Shown here piece after piece: positions 8,505 to 17,106 of a stretch of 64,000 nt of DNA. The stretch is taken from contig SVEY01000010.1 of NCBI GenBank assembly GCA_015057165.1, forward strand, positions 16,027 through 80,026, in the 5' to 3' direction. The position numbers were made by a program, and so were the translations under genes. Position 1 is the stretch's first letter. Every line of letters starts with the position of its first letter. The stretch comes from Lachnospiraceae bacterium. Lineage in GTDB: Bacteria; Bacillota; Clostridia; Lachnospirales; Lachnospiraceae. The notes beneath the pieces are model-generated. The model was not told the DNA's origin. It ran no database searches and worked only from the letters and a program-made list of their open reading frames with translations.

Positions 8505-9218
8505 TTAATTTTCAAATAACTCCATTAAGTGACTGTTTATTATACTACTTCCTTCATGGACTGAATCATTTTCTCCTTCATCTGGTTCTCCACAAATGTC
8601 TACTCCTATAAGAAAGCGTTTGTCTAGTATATATTCTATCCATCTATCCAACTCAGTGAGATTCATATCCCCCTGATCCCAATTAGTTGCAATTATAGAA
8701 TCATCTAATACATCCTTATCAATCGACATATATACAGGCAAATTACTCTCATCCAATTTTTTTGGAGACCTTACAACAAGCGCCTTTTCCCTATGCTCTC
8801 CCAGATCCGATAGTTCATAAACCAGATCAGTGTCCGTTCCTATCATATATACTCGCTTAAGATGAGAAATACTAATTAATGCATCCCTTACCCAACTTCC
8901 ACATGACATGAGCGATTCAAACATAGAGGCTTTACAATCTGGGTGTTTATCAATTAGAATCAGTTCAAAATCTCTCGGGATTCTCTCAAGAAAAAGATAT
9001 GTAAGATAATGAAAATTTCCGGAATCAATAAAATGAACCCCTCTGGCATCGACACCTTTTAATCTTTGGCGAAGTACCTTTAAAGCCTCATCTTCAACAT
9101 AGCAATTTATTCCTTTAATATCACTACAGTCTATAAATTTTTCAGAATTAATATAAGGCCTACAAAAGTTTTCTCTTTCATAGACCTTTGACATACTTAT
9201 TAATGTAACATTTCTCAT
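8505..9218 (-). CDS. Arginase/agmatinase/formiminoglutamase-fold (ureohydrolase family) protein, short form
   Basis: Motifs line up with arginase metal-ligand blocks: SGNFH (cf. GGDHS), IDKHPD (cf. DAHxD), SIDKDVLD (cf. SxDxDxLD) and VDICGE. I chose the ATG at 9218; the track starts at 9224 with TTG. Confidence 0.5.
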   Translation of the reverse strand: MRNVTLISMSKVYERENFCRPYINSEKFIDCSDIKGINCYVEDEALKVLRQRLKGVDARGVHFIDSGNFHYLTYLFLERIPRDFELILIDKHPDCKASMFESLMSCGSWVRDALISISHLKRVYMIGTDTDLVYELSDLGEHREKALVVRSPKKLDESNLPVYMSIDKDVLDDSIIATNWDQGDMNLTELDRWIEYILDKRFLIGVDICGEPDEGENDSVHEGSSIINSHLMELFEN

Positions 9219-9227
9219 AACCAATCC

Positions 9228-9614
9228 CTATTTCTCATCATCCTTAAGAGCCCTAACTCTTAACTCAAGAAATTCTCCCACTTCTGCATTGTAAACTCTC
9301 TTGCCAACGAATTTAGCGACTTTGGCAATAGCTGCTTTATTTGCTGCTTCATCATCACAATCGCCTTCTAATTCAAACATATACAATTTCTTACCATTTA
9401 ATTCATTATATTTAAAGAAACCTGTTCTTTTAACATTGTATTTATGAACAACATCATCCAAAGGATCGTCTTTAGTCTCTCCTTCTTCCAGTTCACAATA
9501 AAGTGTGATACAGAAGTTCTCACCTCTTCTGTATTTGTAAAATGAATCTTCAACTTTACCATACTTCGCCAGGTTATTATACTTTTTTAAAGCCACAGTT
9601 TTTCTTACTATCAT
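9228..9614 (-). CDS. Hypothetical protein (about 128 aa), co-transcribed with the arginase-fold gene
   Basis: ORF with a GGGAGGTGG RBS ahead of the ATG at 9614. I recognise no family. Confidence 0.45.
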   Translation of the reverse strand: MIVRKTVALKKYNNLAKYGKVEDSFYKYRRGENFCITLYCELEEGETKDDPLDDVVHKYNVKRTGFFKYNELNGKKLYMFELEGDCDDEAANKAAIAKVAKFVGKRVYNAEVGEFLELRVRALKDDEK

Positions 9615-9814
9615 ATGGCCACCTCCCACAACTAGTACAGCACCTCTCCTAAGTTAAGAATACCATACTTTATCAATTATTCTCAACATTTTTCTTCAAA
9701 TCCCTTATTATTTATAAGATTTTCACCTGTATTATTATGTAAAATTGATTTAAGGAAAACAGACTCTTATAATTTATATCGGATTAATATATCAACGAAT
9801 TTACGAAAAGAAAA

Positions 9815-10717
9815 ATGATTAGCGAAAAAAAGCAAAAATTCTCACAAACAAATATGGATAACCGCCAAAAAGGTATTATCTGCATAATAATTGCCGCACT
9901 GGGATTCGCGTTTATGAATCTGTTCATCAAGCTATCCGGAGATTTACCGGTATTTGAAAAAGCATTCTTCAGAAATCTGATAGCGGCATTTGTAGCTTTA
10001 TTTATTATGCTAAAAAATAAGATTCCGTTTAGTACGGGTAATGGAGGTTTGAAATATCTTATTCTTCGTTCACTATTCGGCACCCTGGGAATATTTGCCA
10101 ACTTCTATGCAATAGGAATGATTAATATAAGCGATGCTGCCATGCTTAATAAATTATCGCCTTTCTTCGCAATCATTTTCTCAATATTCCTACTTAAAGA
10201 AAAGCCAAAATCATTTCAAGTACTATGCGCTATAGCTGCCTTTATAGGAGCCGTCTTTATTTTGAAACCAGATGGGAACATATTAACATCCCTTCCCGCA
10301 TTAATAGGTCTCTCAAGTGGTGCCTTTGCAGGATTAGCATATACTTATGTGAGACTTTGTAGTTTCAAGAAAGTACCTGGGCCTGTTATTGTATTGTTCT
10401 TTTCAGCGTTCTCATGTATAGCCTGTGTACCATTTATGATTATCAACTTTAAGCCTATGACATTAGAACAGCTTGCATTTCTATTACTTACAGGAGTGTC
10501 AGCATCTATTGGGCAAATATTTATTACCAAGGCTTACACATATTCCCCAGCCAGCGAAATATCAGTATATGACTATACCAATATTCTATTTGCAGCACTA
10601 TTGGGAATGCTTTTCCTTGGGGAATTCCCAGATGCTTTCAGCCTAATTGGTTATGCAGTCATTATTGGTGCAGGAGTCGTGATGTTCTTTATCAATAAGA
10701 AGAAGGCTAGTGCATAA
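9815..10717 (+). CDS. DMT-superfamily (EamA-like) transporter
   Basis: 300 aa with a 10-TM pattern and two EamA-like halves. A TTGATT-N17-TATAAT promoter lies at 9745-9773. Confidence 0.85.
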   Translation: MISEKKQKFSQTNMDNRQKGIICIIIAALGFAFMNLFIKLSGDLPVFEKAFFRNLIAAFVALFIMLKNKIPFSTGNGGLKYLILRSLFGTLGIFANFYAIGMINISDAAMLNKLSPFFAIIFSIFLLKEKPKSFQVLCAIAAFIGAVFILKPDGNILTSLPALIGLSSGAFAGLAYTYVRLCSFKKVPGPVIVLFFSAFSCIACVPFMIINFKPMTLEQLAFLLLTGVSASIGQIFITKAYTYSPASEISVYDYTNILFAALLGMLFLGEFPDAFSLIGYAVIIGAGVVMFFINKKKASA

Positions 10718-11717
10718 CATGAGCATACATTTTAGCCACATCCTCACTCATGTTAACTGGTTCTAGCTTTATGTCCGGATGCTTCCTGGCGAATACAACA
10801 AATATCTGATGTGCAAATCCCTGTCCCATCCACTGAATTCCATCGAAGTCTATTTCAACTTCTTTGAATTCTTCTAGCCTATTACATACTCTCTTTGCTT
10901 GAGATCTCGAAACAGGAGATGCGTCAAATATATTCTTTAAAGGAACCTTTGTTTTCACAAATCCTCCTTCTGTGTTAGCATATAAATCAAACACTTCTTG
11001 TGGATTCCTCTGGGTAAAATTTGACAAGCTCATATATACTCCCGTTCCTTCTGTGTTTGTTTGTGCCAAATTCATTATCTTACTGTTTCCATATTTATTA
11101 TTTGAGAAGATTTTTCCACTTGATACAATAAAGAAATCATCTACCATTTTCGAACTAAAAAAAATACCCTCACCAGAGTGATTTTCAATATCTGTGGTCA
11201 GTTTTCCTTTAAACAATTCACCGATAGCATCATCTATTGTATTAAATCCAAAATAATCTTTAATTTTCACAAATATTCCTATTCCATCATCTAATATTAA
11301 TACCTGTGTATCTATATAACTCTGCTCAATAATTAGCTTGAAATTCTCGGCTTGTGAATGGTCAATTACATTATTAATCATTTCACTTATAACATAACTC
11401 CAGATATCTTTGACATTTTGACTTAGATTTTCAATCAGATTATATAAACAATGCTCATACACATATGTATCATTATCCATCTCTTTATCAGATCGACTAT
11501 ATTTATATTCATACTTTTTCTTTACTAACTCATATTCTCCTCTTTTTACACGTTTTATTATGCCTTTATCAACTAATTCATTAATATATGTATGTACTGT
11601 ATTCTGATTAATATCAAAAGCTTCAGCTACTATTTTAGATACCCCATCACAATTTTGTTGTATTTTCTCAAGCATGTATATGATGATAGACTGTTTCTTT
11701 TCGTCACTAAATCTCAT
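10707..11717 (-). CDS. Fusion protein: N-terminal wHTH, GHKL ATPase/kinase domain (RsbW/SpoIIAB-like) and C-terminal STAS-like DUF4325 domain
   Basis: 336 aa. HTH segment: NQNTVHTYINELVDKGIIKRVKRGEYEL. N-box: EMINNVIDHS. G1: DDGIGIF. G2: GEGIFFSS. The C-terminus (VSRSQAKRVCNRLEEFKEVEIDFDGIQWMGQGFAHQIFVVFARKHPDIKLEPVNM) is typical of DUF4325. Confidence 0.65.
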   Translation of the reverse strand: MRFSDEKKQSIIIYMLEKIQQNCDGVSKIVAEAFDINQNTVHTYINELVDKGIIKRVKRGEYELVKKKYEYKYSRSDKEMDNDTYVYEHCLYNLIENLSQNVKDIWSYVISEMINNVIDHSQAENFKLIIEQSYIDTQVLILDDGIGIFVKIKDYFGFNTIDDAIGELFKGKLTTDIENHSGEGIFFSSKMVDDFFIVSSGKIFSNNKYGNSKIMNLAQTNTEGTGVYMSLSNFTQRNPQEVFDLYANTEGGFVKTKVPLKNIFDASPVSRSQAKRVCNRLEEFKEVEIDFDGIQWMGQGFAHQIFVVFARKHPDIKLEPVNMSEDVAKMYAHVMH

Positions 11718-11741
11718 ATCTTTACCCTCCTTTATTCTACA

Positions 11742-11822
11742 ATACTACATCTCTTTTCGTTTTAAGTCAATTTTTATTCGTTTTAATTGCATATTTATTC
11801 GTTTTACTTGGGTTTAAAACGA
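11742..11822 (-). promoter_or_regulatory. Promoter of the wHTH-GHKL-STAS gene with phased TAAAACGAA repeats
   Basis: In the minus sense the promoter is TTGACT (11770-11765), N17, TAGTAT (11747-11742). The plus-strand 9-mer TTCGTTTTA occurs at 11756, 11777 and 11798, an exact 21-bp phasing. An inverted copy lies at 11814-11822. Confidence 0.6.
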
Positions 11823-11914
11823 ATTACTATTAAATCATTTGTATGGCTTACTTTTAATGTATTAAACTGCAATTAACTGAGGGGGCGTAGCGCCTATAGT
11901 ATAGACTTTAATGC

Positions 11915-11944
11915 AAAAAAAATCCCTCCACAAAGTGGAGGGAT
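11915..11944 (-). terminator. Rho-independent terminator of rplM-rpsI
   Basis: 10-bp perfect stem ATCCCTCCAC/GTGGAGGGAT with an AAA loop, followed by T8 in the minus sense. Confidence 0.9.
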
Positions 11945-11980
11945 GATTTTGTTCCAATATTATCTCTTTGAGCACCAAAA

Positions 11981-12382
11981 CTAACGTTTTGAGAACTGTG
12001 GTGCACGACGTGCGCTCTTCAAACCGTACTTCTTTCTTTCCTTCATACGAGGATCTCTTGTTAAGTATCCGGCTGACTTAAGTGTTGGTCTGTAATCAGC
12101 ATCAACCTCAAGTAAAGCTCTTGCAATACCATGTCTAATAGCACCAGCTTGTCCTGTATATCCGCCACCCTTAACATTAACAAGCACATCATACTTATCA
12201 ACTGTATCAGTGGCAACGAGTGGCTGTCTTACAACAACCTTAAGTGTCTCAAGACCAAGATATTCATCAATATCTCTTTTGTTTATTGTAATCTTACCTG
12301 TTCCAGGTACAAGATATACTCTAGCAACAGATGATTTTCTTCTTCCAGTACCATAGTACTTATTGTCATTCTTCTTAGCCAA
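11981..12382 (-). CDS. rpsI: 30S ribosomal protein S9
   Basis: 133 aa with the canonical C-terminus ...[16 protein letters not shown]. Confidence 0.97.
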   Translation of the reverse strand: MAKKNDNKYYGTGRRKSSVARVYLVPGTGKITINKRDIDEYLGLETLKVVVRQPLVATDTVDKYDVLVNVKGGGYTGQAGAIRHGIARALLEVDADYRPTLKSAGYLTRDPRMKERKKYGLKSARRAPQFSKR

Positions 12383-12399
12383 TTTATCTTACCTCCTAA

Positions 12400-12831
12400 T
12401 TAAAATGTTAAACTCTCTGGTTTCTGTGCCTGATGTTCATGATCAGGACCTGCATATACGAATAACTTCTTGTACATAGCTCTTCCAAGAGGTCCCTTAG
12501 GAAGCATTCCCTTTACTGCATGCTCAATAACTCTTTCAGGATGTTTCTCAAGCATTGTCTTAAGGTTAGTCTCTTTCATACCACCAACATATTCTGAGTG
12601 ATGATAATAGATTTTCTGGTCAAGCTTCTTACCAGTAACCTTAATCTTCTCTGCATTTACAACGATTACATAATCGCCACAATCTGCATGAGGTGTATAT
12701 ATAGGCTTTTTCTTACCTCTTAATACGTTAGCAATCTCTGTTGACAGACGACCAAGTGTCTGACCTTCAGCATCTACTACATACCATTTTCTCTCAACTT
12801 GAGATTGATTAGGCATATAAGTCTTCATCAT
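12400..12831 (-). CDS. rplM: 50S ribosomal protein L13
   Basis: 143 aa carrying ...[18 protein letters not shown]..., immediately upstream of rpsI. Confidence 0.97.
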   Translation of the reverse strand: MMKTYMPNQSQVERKWYVVDAEGQTLGRLSTEIANVLRGKKKPIYTPHADCGDYVIVVNAEKIKVTGKKLDQKIYYHHSEYVGGMKETNLKTMLEKHPERVIEHAVKGMLPKGPLGRAMYKKLFVYAGPDHEHQAQKPESLTF

Positions 12832-13040
12832 TATTTCCTCCTTAATAGTAAAACAAGGTTAGCATTCCATTTATCAAATGTCCAAAAATAAATTTCCTGC
12901 TATTTATTTGTAAAAAGAGCACTTCGGGGCTAGTGAAATGCCACTTCTTCACAATGTCAGCTTGAATATTTTACAACAGAATATACTTGTATGTCAACTG
13001 TTATTTGCTTATATTAGTCAAATACCAATATTCCCCCTTA

Positions 13041-13871
13041 TTATATGTTCAGTTTTTTAACCATAGCTATCTCCTTAGCATACCCTGCATCATCGTTAGG
13101 TGTCTCTAAGATAAAGGGCTTACCTTGAAGAAGTGGATGATTGATTACCTTTGTTAGAGTATCTATCCCGATATGACCTTCTCCCAGCTTAGCATGGCGG
13201 TCTTTATGGGCACCCTTATCATTCATACTGTCGTTAAGATGAATCGCCTTAAGCCTTTCAAGTCCTATTATCTTATCGAATTCTTCTAGGACTCCGTCTA
13301 AATTATTCTCAAGGTCATAACCGCCGTCCCAAGTGTGACAAGTATCGAAGCACACTCCTAATCTTTCGGAAAGTTCAACCCTTTCTATTATATACTGAAT
13401 CTCTTCAAAGCTTCTTCCTATCTCACTGCCTTTACCTGCCATAGTTTCAAGAAGAACCGTTGTTGTCTTAGCCTCCGGCAGAGCTGCATTAAGTGCTTCT
13501 ATAATAAATGCGCTTCCTTTCTCAACCCCCTGTCCTACATGAGAACCTGGATGAAAATTGTAATACTGATTAGGCGTATATTCCATTCTCTTAAGGTCGT
13601 CTATAAACATATCAAGGGCGAACTTCCTGATATTCTCCTTATCAGAACACAGATTCATAGTATATGGAGCGTGGGCAACCAGTGTGCCAAAATTATTATC
13701 TGCCATATATTGCATTAGTGCCGTAGCATCCTTTTCATCTATATCCTTTGCCTTGCCGCCTCTGGGATTTCTAGTAAAGAAGGCAAATGTGTTGCCACCC
13801 AGCTTAGTTGCCATCTTCCCCATTGCCATATATCCCTTAGATGCCGATAAGTGACTTCCTATATATATCAT
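13041..13871 (-). CDS. nfo: Deoxyribonuclease IV (endonuclease IV)
   Basis: 276 aa. IGSHLS..., LETMAGKGSE, CFDTCH and IHLNDS motifs of the AP endonuclease 2 (TIM barrel) family. Confidence 0.9.
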   Translation of the reverse strand: MIYIGSHLSASKGYMAMGKMATKLGGNTFAFFTRNPRGGKAKDIDEKDATALMQYMADNNFGTLVAHAPYTMNLCSDKENIRKFALDMFIDDLKRMEYTPNQYYNFHPGSHVGQGVEKGSAFIIEALNAALPEAKTTTVLLETMAGKGSEIGRSFEEIQYIIERVELSERLGVCFDTCHTWDGGYDLENNLDGVLEEFDKIIGLERLKAIHLNDSMNDKGAHKDRHAKLGEGHIGIDTLTKVINHPLLQGKPFILETPNDDAGYAKEIAMVKKLNI

Positions 13872-14089
13872 AATTTCCCTCCTATTTTTGTTCTACTGAC
13901 GTGTCTGACATAAATCACCTACGTGCTCATGAAAAAACCTCACTGTAGGTCTTTACGGCAGACACTTACATTATATTTTAAACATAGCATGACTTGTATT
14001 GAAGATACTTTTTAAAGCCTTTGCGTAGCACTTAGTCTGTTCGGAGACGAGTAGGCTTCGAGTACGCAGCGCAGAAGCCGTAACCTTGC

Positions 14090-15424
14090 TTAGAATATAA
14101 CCTTAAACTCTATACTGTGCGTATCATAAGACCTAGCACTAACCTTCGCCTTATAACTTTCTGCTATAGCTTGCACAACAGAAAGTCCTATTCCAAAGCC
14201 ACCAGTCTTAGAATTTCTAGACTCATCACGTCTTACAAATCTCTCGAAGAGTTCGTCATGTCTTCCTTCTTCTATTTCTTCTACGGAATTACTTACTGTA
14301 AGCACTTTGCCTTTATTAGTTTTCTTAAATGCTACATCAACATTTCCACCATCATTAGAATACTTAAATGCATTATCTACAAGAAGTGATAACATCTGGG
14401 ATAGATTAGTCTCATTTCCTCTAATTACTAGTCCCGGTTCAATATCTACGTTATAGGTTTTTTTCATTTTAACAGCTATAGGTTCATATGACTCGCATAT
14501 TTCTAAGAATAATTTGGACGCATTAACATCTTTTAATTCTTCATTAGTATTACCCTCATCCATTCTCGAGAGCATAACCATTTTCTCTGTAAGGTTTGTT
14601 AATCTGTCAGCCTGCTTTACTATGCTCTTTGTCCACTCCGACTCACCATTCTCCATCTCAACAATCTCTACATTGGCTTTAATAATTGCAACAGGAGTTT
14701 TAAGTTCGTGGCTTGCATCAGTTATGAATCGCTTCTGCTTATCATAGCTTTCAAATACTGGTTTTAAGAAAATCTTCGATAGAATTGCAGATAATATAAA
14801 TACTAGAATTTCTCCTGCAATGGTAACAATAATGCTTATTAGAAGAAATGATCTAAAAGAAGACAAATCTCTTTTACAATCTAAGAATATATACATCTTC
14901 CCGCCATCTACATCGATCTGTCGATACATATAATCGTTATACATACCGCTAATACTACCTTTACTATATAATTCCCTGGCATAATCAATTGCACTGTCAC
15001 TTGATATGGCTGCAACATTATCCAAGTTACTAGATACGTAGTCTCCATTCTCGGATAGTGTTATATTGAAATACCTTGATTCGAAAGGTGTCTCTTCATT
15101 AATATTCCCATTATAACTGAAGCTATTAAAATTATCCCTTTTATCCCTTTTTTGTCCCATGAGATTATTCTGGGGATTAGAATTCTTATTATTCTGTGAT
15201 AAATCCATTCCTTCCGGCTTCATCATGGAATCACTTATCTGTTGTGGCTGGTCTGTCTTGGGAAATTCACCATTATTCTCCGCCAATATATCCATTCTCG
15301 CCTGGGCATTACTATATACATTACTATAATTAACAATATTAATAATACCCATTATTATAAGGAATACTGCTGTGACAGATATCATTGTAATTGCTATGAA
15401 CTTACGTCTTAATGTCTTAACCAT
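14090..15424 (-). CDS. Sensor histidine kinase (two TM segments, extracytoplasmic loop, HisKA, HATPase)
   Basis: H-box FITDASHELKTP and G-boxes ..NSKTGGFGIGLS. Adjacent to an OmpR-type response regulator. Confidence 0.9.
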   Translation of the reverse strand: MVKTLRRKFIAITMISVTAVFLIIMGIINIVNYSNVYSNAQARMDILAENNGEFPKTDQPQQISDSMMKPEGMDLSQNNKNSNPQNNLMGQKRDKRDNFNSFSYNGNINEETPFESRYFNITLSENGDYVSSNLDNVAAISSDSAIDYARELYSKGSISGMYNDYMYRQIDVDGGKMYIFLDCKRDLSSFRSFLLISIIVTIAGEILVFILSAILSKIFLKPVFESYDKQKRFITDASHELKTPVAIIKANVEIVEMENGESEWTKSIVKQADRLTNLTEKMVMLSRMDEGNTNEELKDVNASKLFLEICESYEPIAVKMKKTYNVDIEPGLVIRGNETNLSQMLSLLVDNAFKYSNDGGNVDVAFKKTNKGKVLTVSNSVEEIEEGRHDELFERFVRRDESRNSKTGGFGIGLSVVQAIAESYKAKVSARSYDTHSIEFKVIF

Positions 15425-15446
15425 AATCTATTCCTATCTATATTAA

Positions 15447-16124
15447 TCACTTCACATTCTTAGTAAGAGAGTAACCTATCCCTCTATGAGCTTTAATTGT
15501 TATATCTGCTTCAAGGGACTTAAGTTTTTTACGAAGATTAGAGATATACACCCAGACTACATTAAGTTCCGCGTCCGAATCATATCCCCATATCTTATCC
15601 ATAAATTGGTCTACAGAAATAATCTGTCCTGGATTAGTTATTAACATTTCCAGCATCTGAAAATCTTTATTCCCCAGCTTAACGCCTCCCTTAGGAGTAC
15701 TCAACTGATATGTAAGCCTATCTAGAGACACATTACCATATTCAAGAAGTGAATCAACCACCTCTTCTCTTCTTCTGGTAAGTGCCCTTACTCTTGCTAG
15801 AAGTTCCTTCATGGCAAAAGGCTTGGTCAAATAATCATCTGCACCTGAATCTAGTCCTTCTACCCTATCATCAACCTCTGACTTGGCAGTAAGAAGAAGC
15901 ACTGGAGTCTTTATTCCGTTTGCCCTTGCTTCTTTAAGTGCGTCGATACCACTCATTCCTGGCATCATAATATCAAGTATGGCACCGTCATATATATCTG
16001 ACATAAGGTAATCTAATGCATCATTACCATTATAAACTGCATCCACAGAATAATTATTAGATTTAAGTATTTTAACTAGTGCGTTTGACATATCCTCTTC
16101 ATCTTCAGCTAATAATAACCTCAT
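15447..16124 (-). CDS. OmpR/PhoB-family response regulator
   Basis: 225 aa. REC domain (LLAEDEE..DIMMPGMSG..LTAK) and a winged-helix C-terminus (..RGIGYSL). Confidence 0.92.
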   Translation of the reverse strand: MRLLLAEDEEDMSNALVKILKSNNYSVDAVYNGNDALDYLMSDIYDGAILDIMMPGMSGIDALKEARANGIKTPVLLLTAKSEVDDRVEGLDSGADDYLTKPFAMKELLARVRALTRRREEVVDSLLEYGNVSLDRLTYQLSTPKGGVKLGNKDFQMLEMLITNPGQIISVDQFMDKIWGYDSDAELNVVWVYISNLRKKLKSLEADITIKAHRGIGYSLTKNVK

Positions 16125-16256
16125 AGTAATTCACCTTAACAAGAATGTCTCCTATTATATAACATCCTTATCCTTTCTCTTATTATTACACCCTTTATGT
16201 CCTGCCCTATGAAAAAATAATAACACATAAAGTAAAAAAAAATAATTTTTTTTGAA

Positions 16257-16301
16257 AAACTTAAATAATTTAAGTTTCATTTAAGTTTCGAATTATATAC
16301 T
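16257..16301 (+). promoter_or_regulatory. Repeat box and -10 element upstream of the VTC operon; candidate binding site for the response regulator
   Basis: Two tandem 11-bp direct repeats: TTTAAGTTTCA at 16269-16279 and TTTAAGTTTCG at 16280-16290. An inverted copy AAACTTAAA lies at 16257-16265. TATACT at 16296-16301 serves as the -10. Confidence 0.5.
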
Positions 16302-16332
16302 ACACTCAACAAAAGAAAAGGAGACAAAAAAA

Positions 16333-17106
16333 ATGAGAGATCAAATGACATTCAAAAGATATGAATTAAAGTACATGTTAACAAAAGAACAATACTTAAT
16401 AATAAAAGATGAACTAAAAAACCACATGATTGAAGACAAGCATGGTCATAGCACAATACAAAGTCTTTATTTCGACACACCAGACTTTCTTCTGATAAGA
16501 AGATCAATCGACAAACCAATGTATAAAGAAAAACTAAGACTTAGAAGCTACGGACTTGCAGATAAAGACACAAAGGTATTTCTAGAACTAAAAAAGAAAT
16601 ACGACTCAGTAGTCTATAAAAGAAGAATTAGTACAACAGAAGATGAAGCACTTAACTTCTTCAAACAAGACTCTGAAAACAAAATAATGGACACGATTGT
16701 TGATTCTCAGATTAAGCAGGAAATAAAATATGCAAGAGATTTATACAGTTCACTAGCTCCTAGAGTTCTACTTTCTTACGAAAGGGATGCTTACTACGGA
16801 ATAGATGATTCTTCATTTAGAGTCACTTTCGATTCTAACATCCTTTGGAGAGATGCAGACGTCAATCTCCATAGTGGAATATATGGTAACTCTATACTCC
16901 CTGAGGGGTATGTATTAATGGAGTTAAAAACATCTGGCGGCCTTCCACTTTGGATGACAACTCTTCTATCAAGCAACCAGATCTACAAAACATCATTTTC
17001 CAAATACGGAACTGCTTACAAGACAATTCTTGCAAGAGATGGCAAAATCAGAGAATTTGCATATAGATATAATTCAAGCGCGAAAGGGGTATTAAGATAT
17101 GCTTAA
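16333..17106 (+). CDS. VTC-domain (polyphosphate-polymerase-like, triphosphate tunnel) protein
   Basis: 257 aa. FKRYELKYML..., LRLRSY and FLELKKKY, the E/K-rich beta-strand pattern of TTM/VTC domains. Confidence 0.7.
   Translation: MRDQMTFKRYELKYMLTKEQYLIIKDELKNHMIEDKHGHSTIQSLYFDTPDFLLIRRSIDKPMYKEKLRLRSYGLADKDTKVFLELKKKYDSVVYKRRISTTEDEALNFFKQDSENKIMDTIVDSQIKQEIKYARDLYSSLAPRVLLSYERDAYYGIDDSSFRVTFDSNILWRDADVNLHSGIYGNSILPEGYVLMELKTSGGLPLWMTTLLSSNQIYKTSFSKYGTAYKTILARDGKIREFAYRYNSSAKGVLRYA

Noticed and set aside
9784-10101. 105-aa minus-strand ORF overlapping the start of the EamA transporter gene
   Set aside because: It is antisense to a clear multi-TM transporter with its own consensus promoter. 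There is no RBS, and the hydrophobic sequence mirrors the TM-coding strand.
14086-14100. TTGCTTAGAATATAACC resembles the conserved AGCTTAGAATATGTTAG core of the structured element family
   Set aside because: The match is only about 10 nt, overlaps the last codons and stop of the histidine kinase, and has no partner arm. It is most likely chance.
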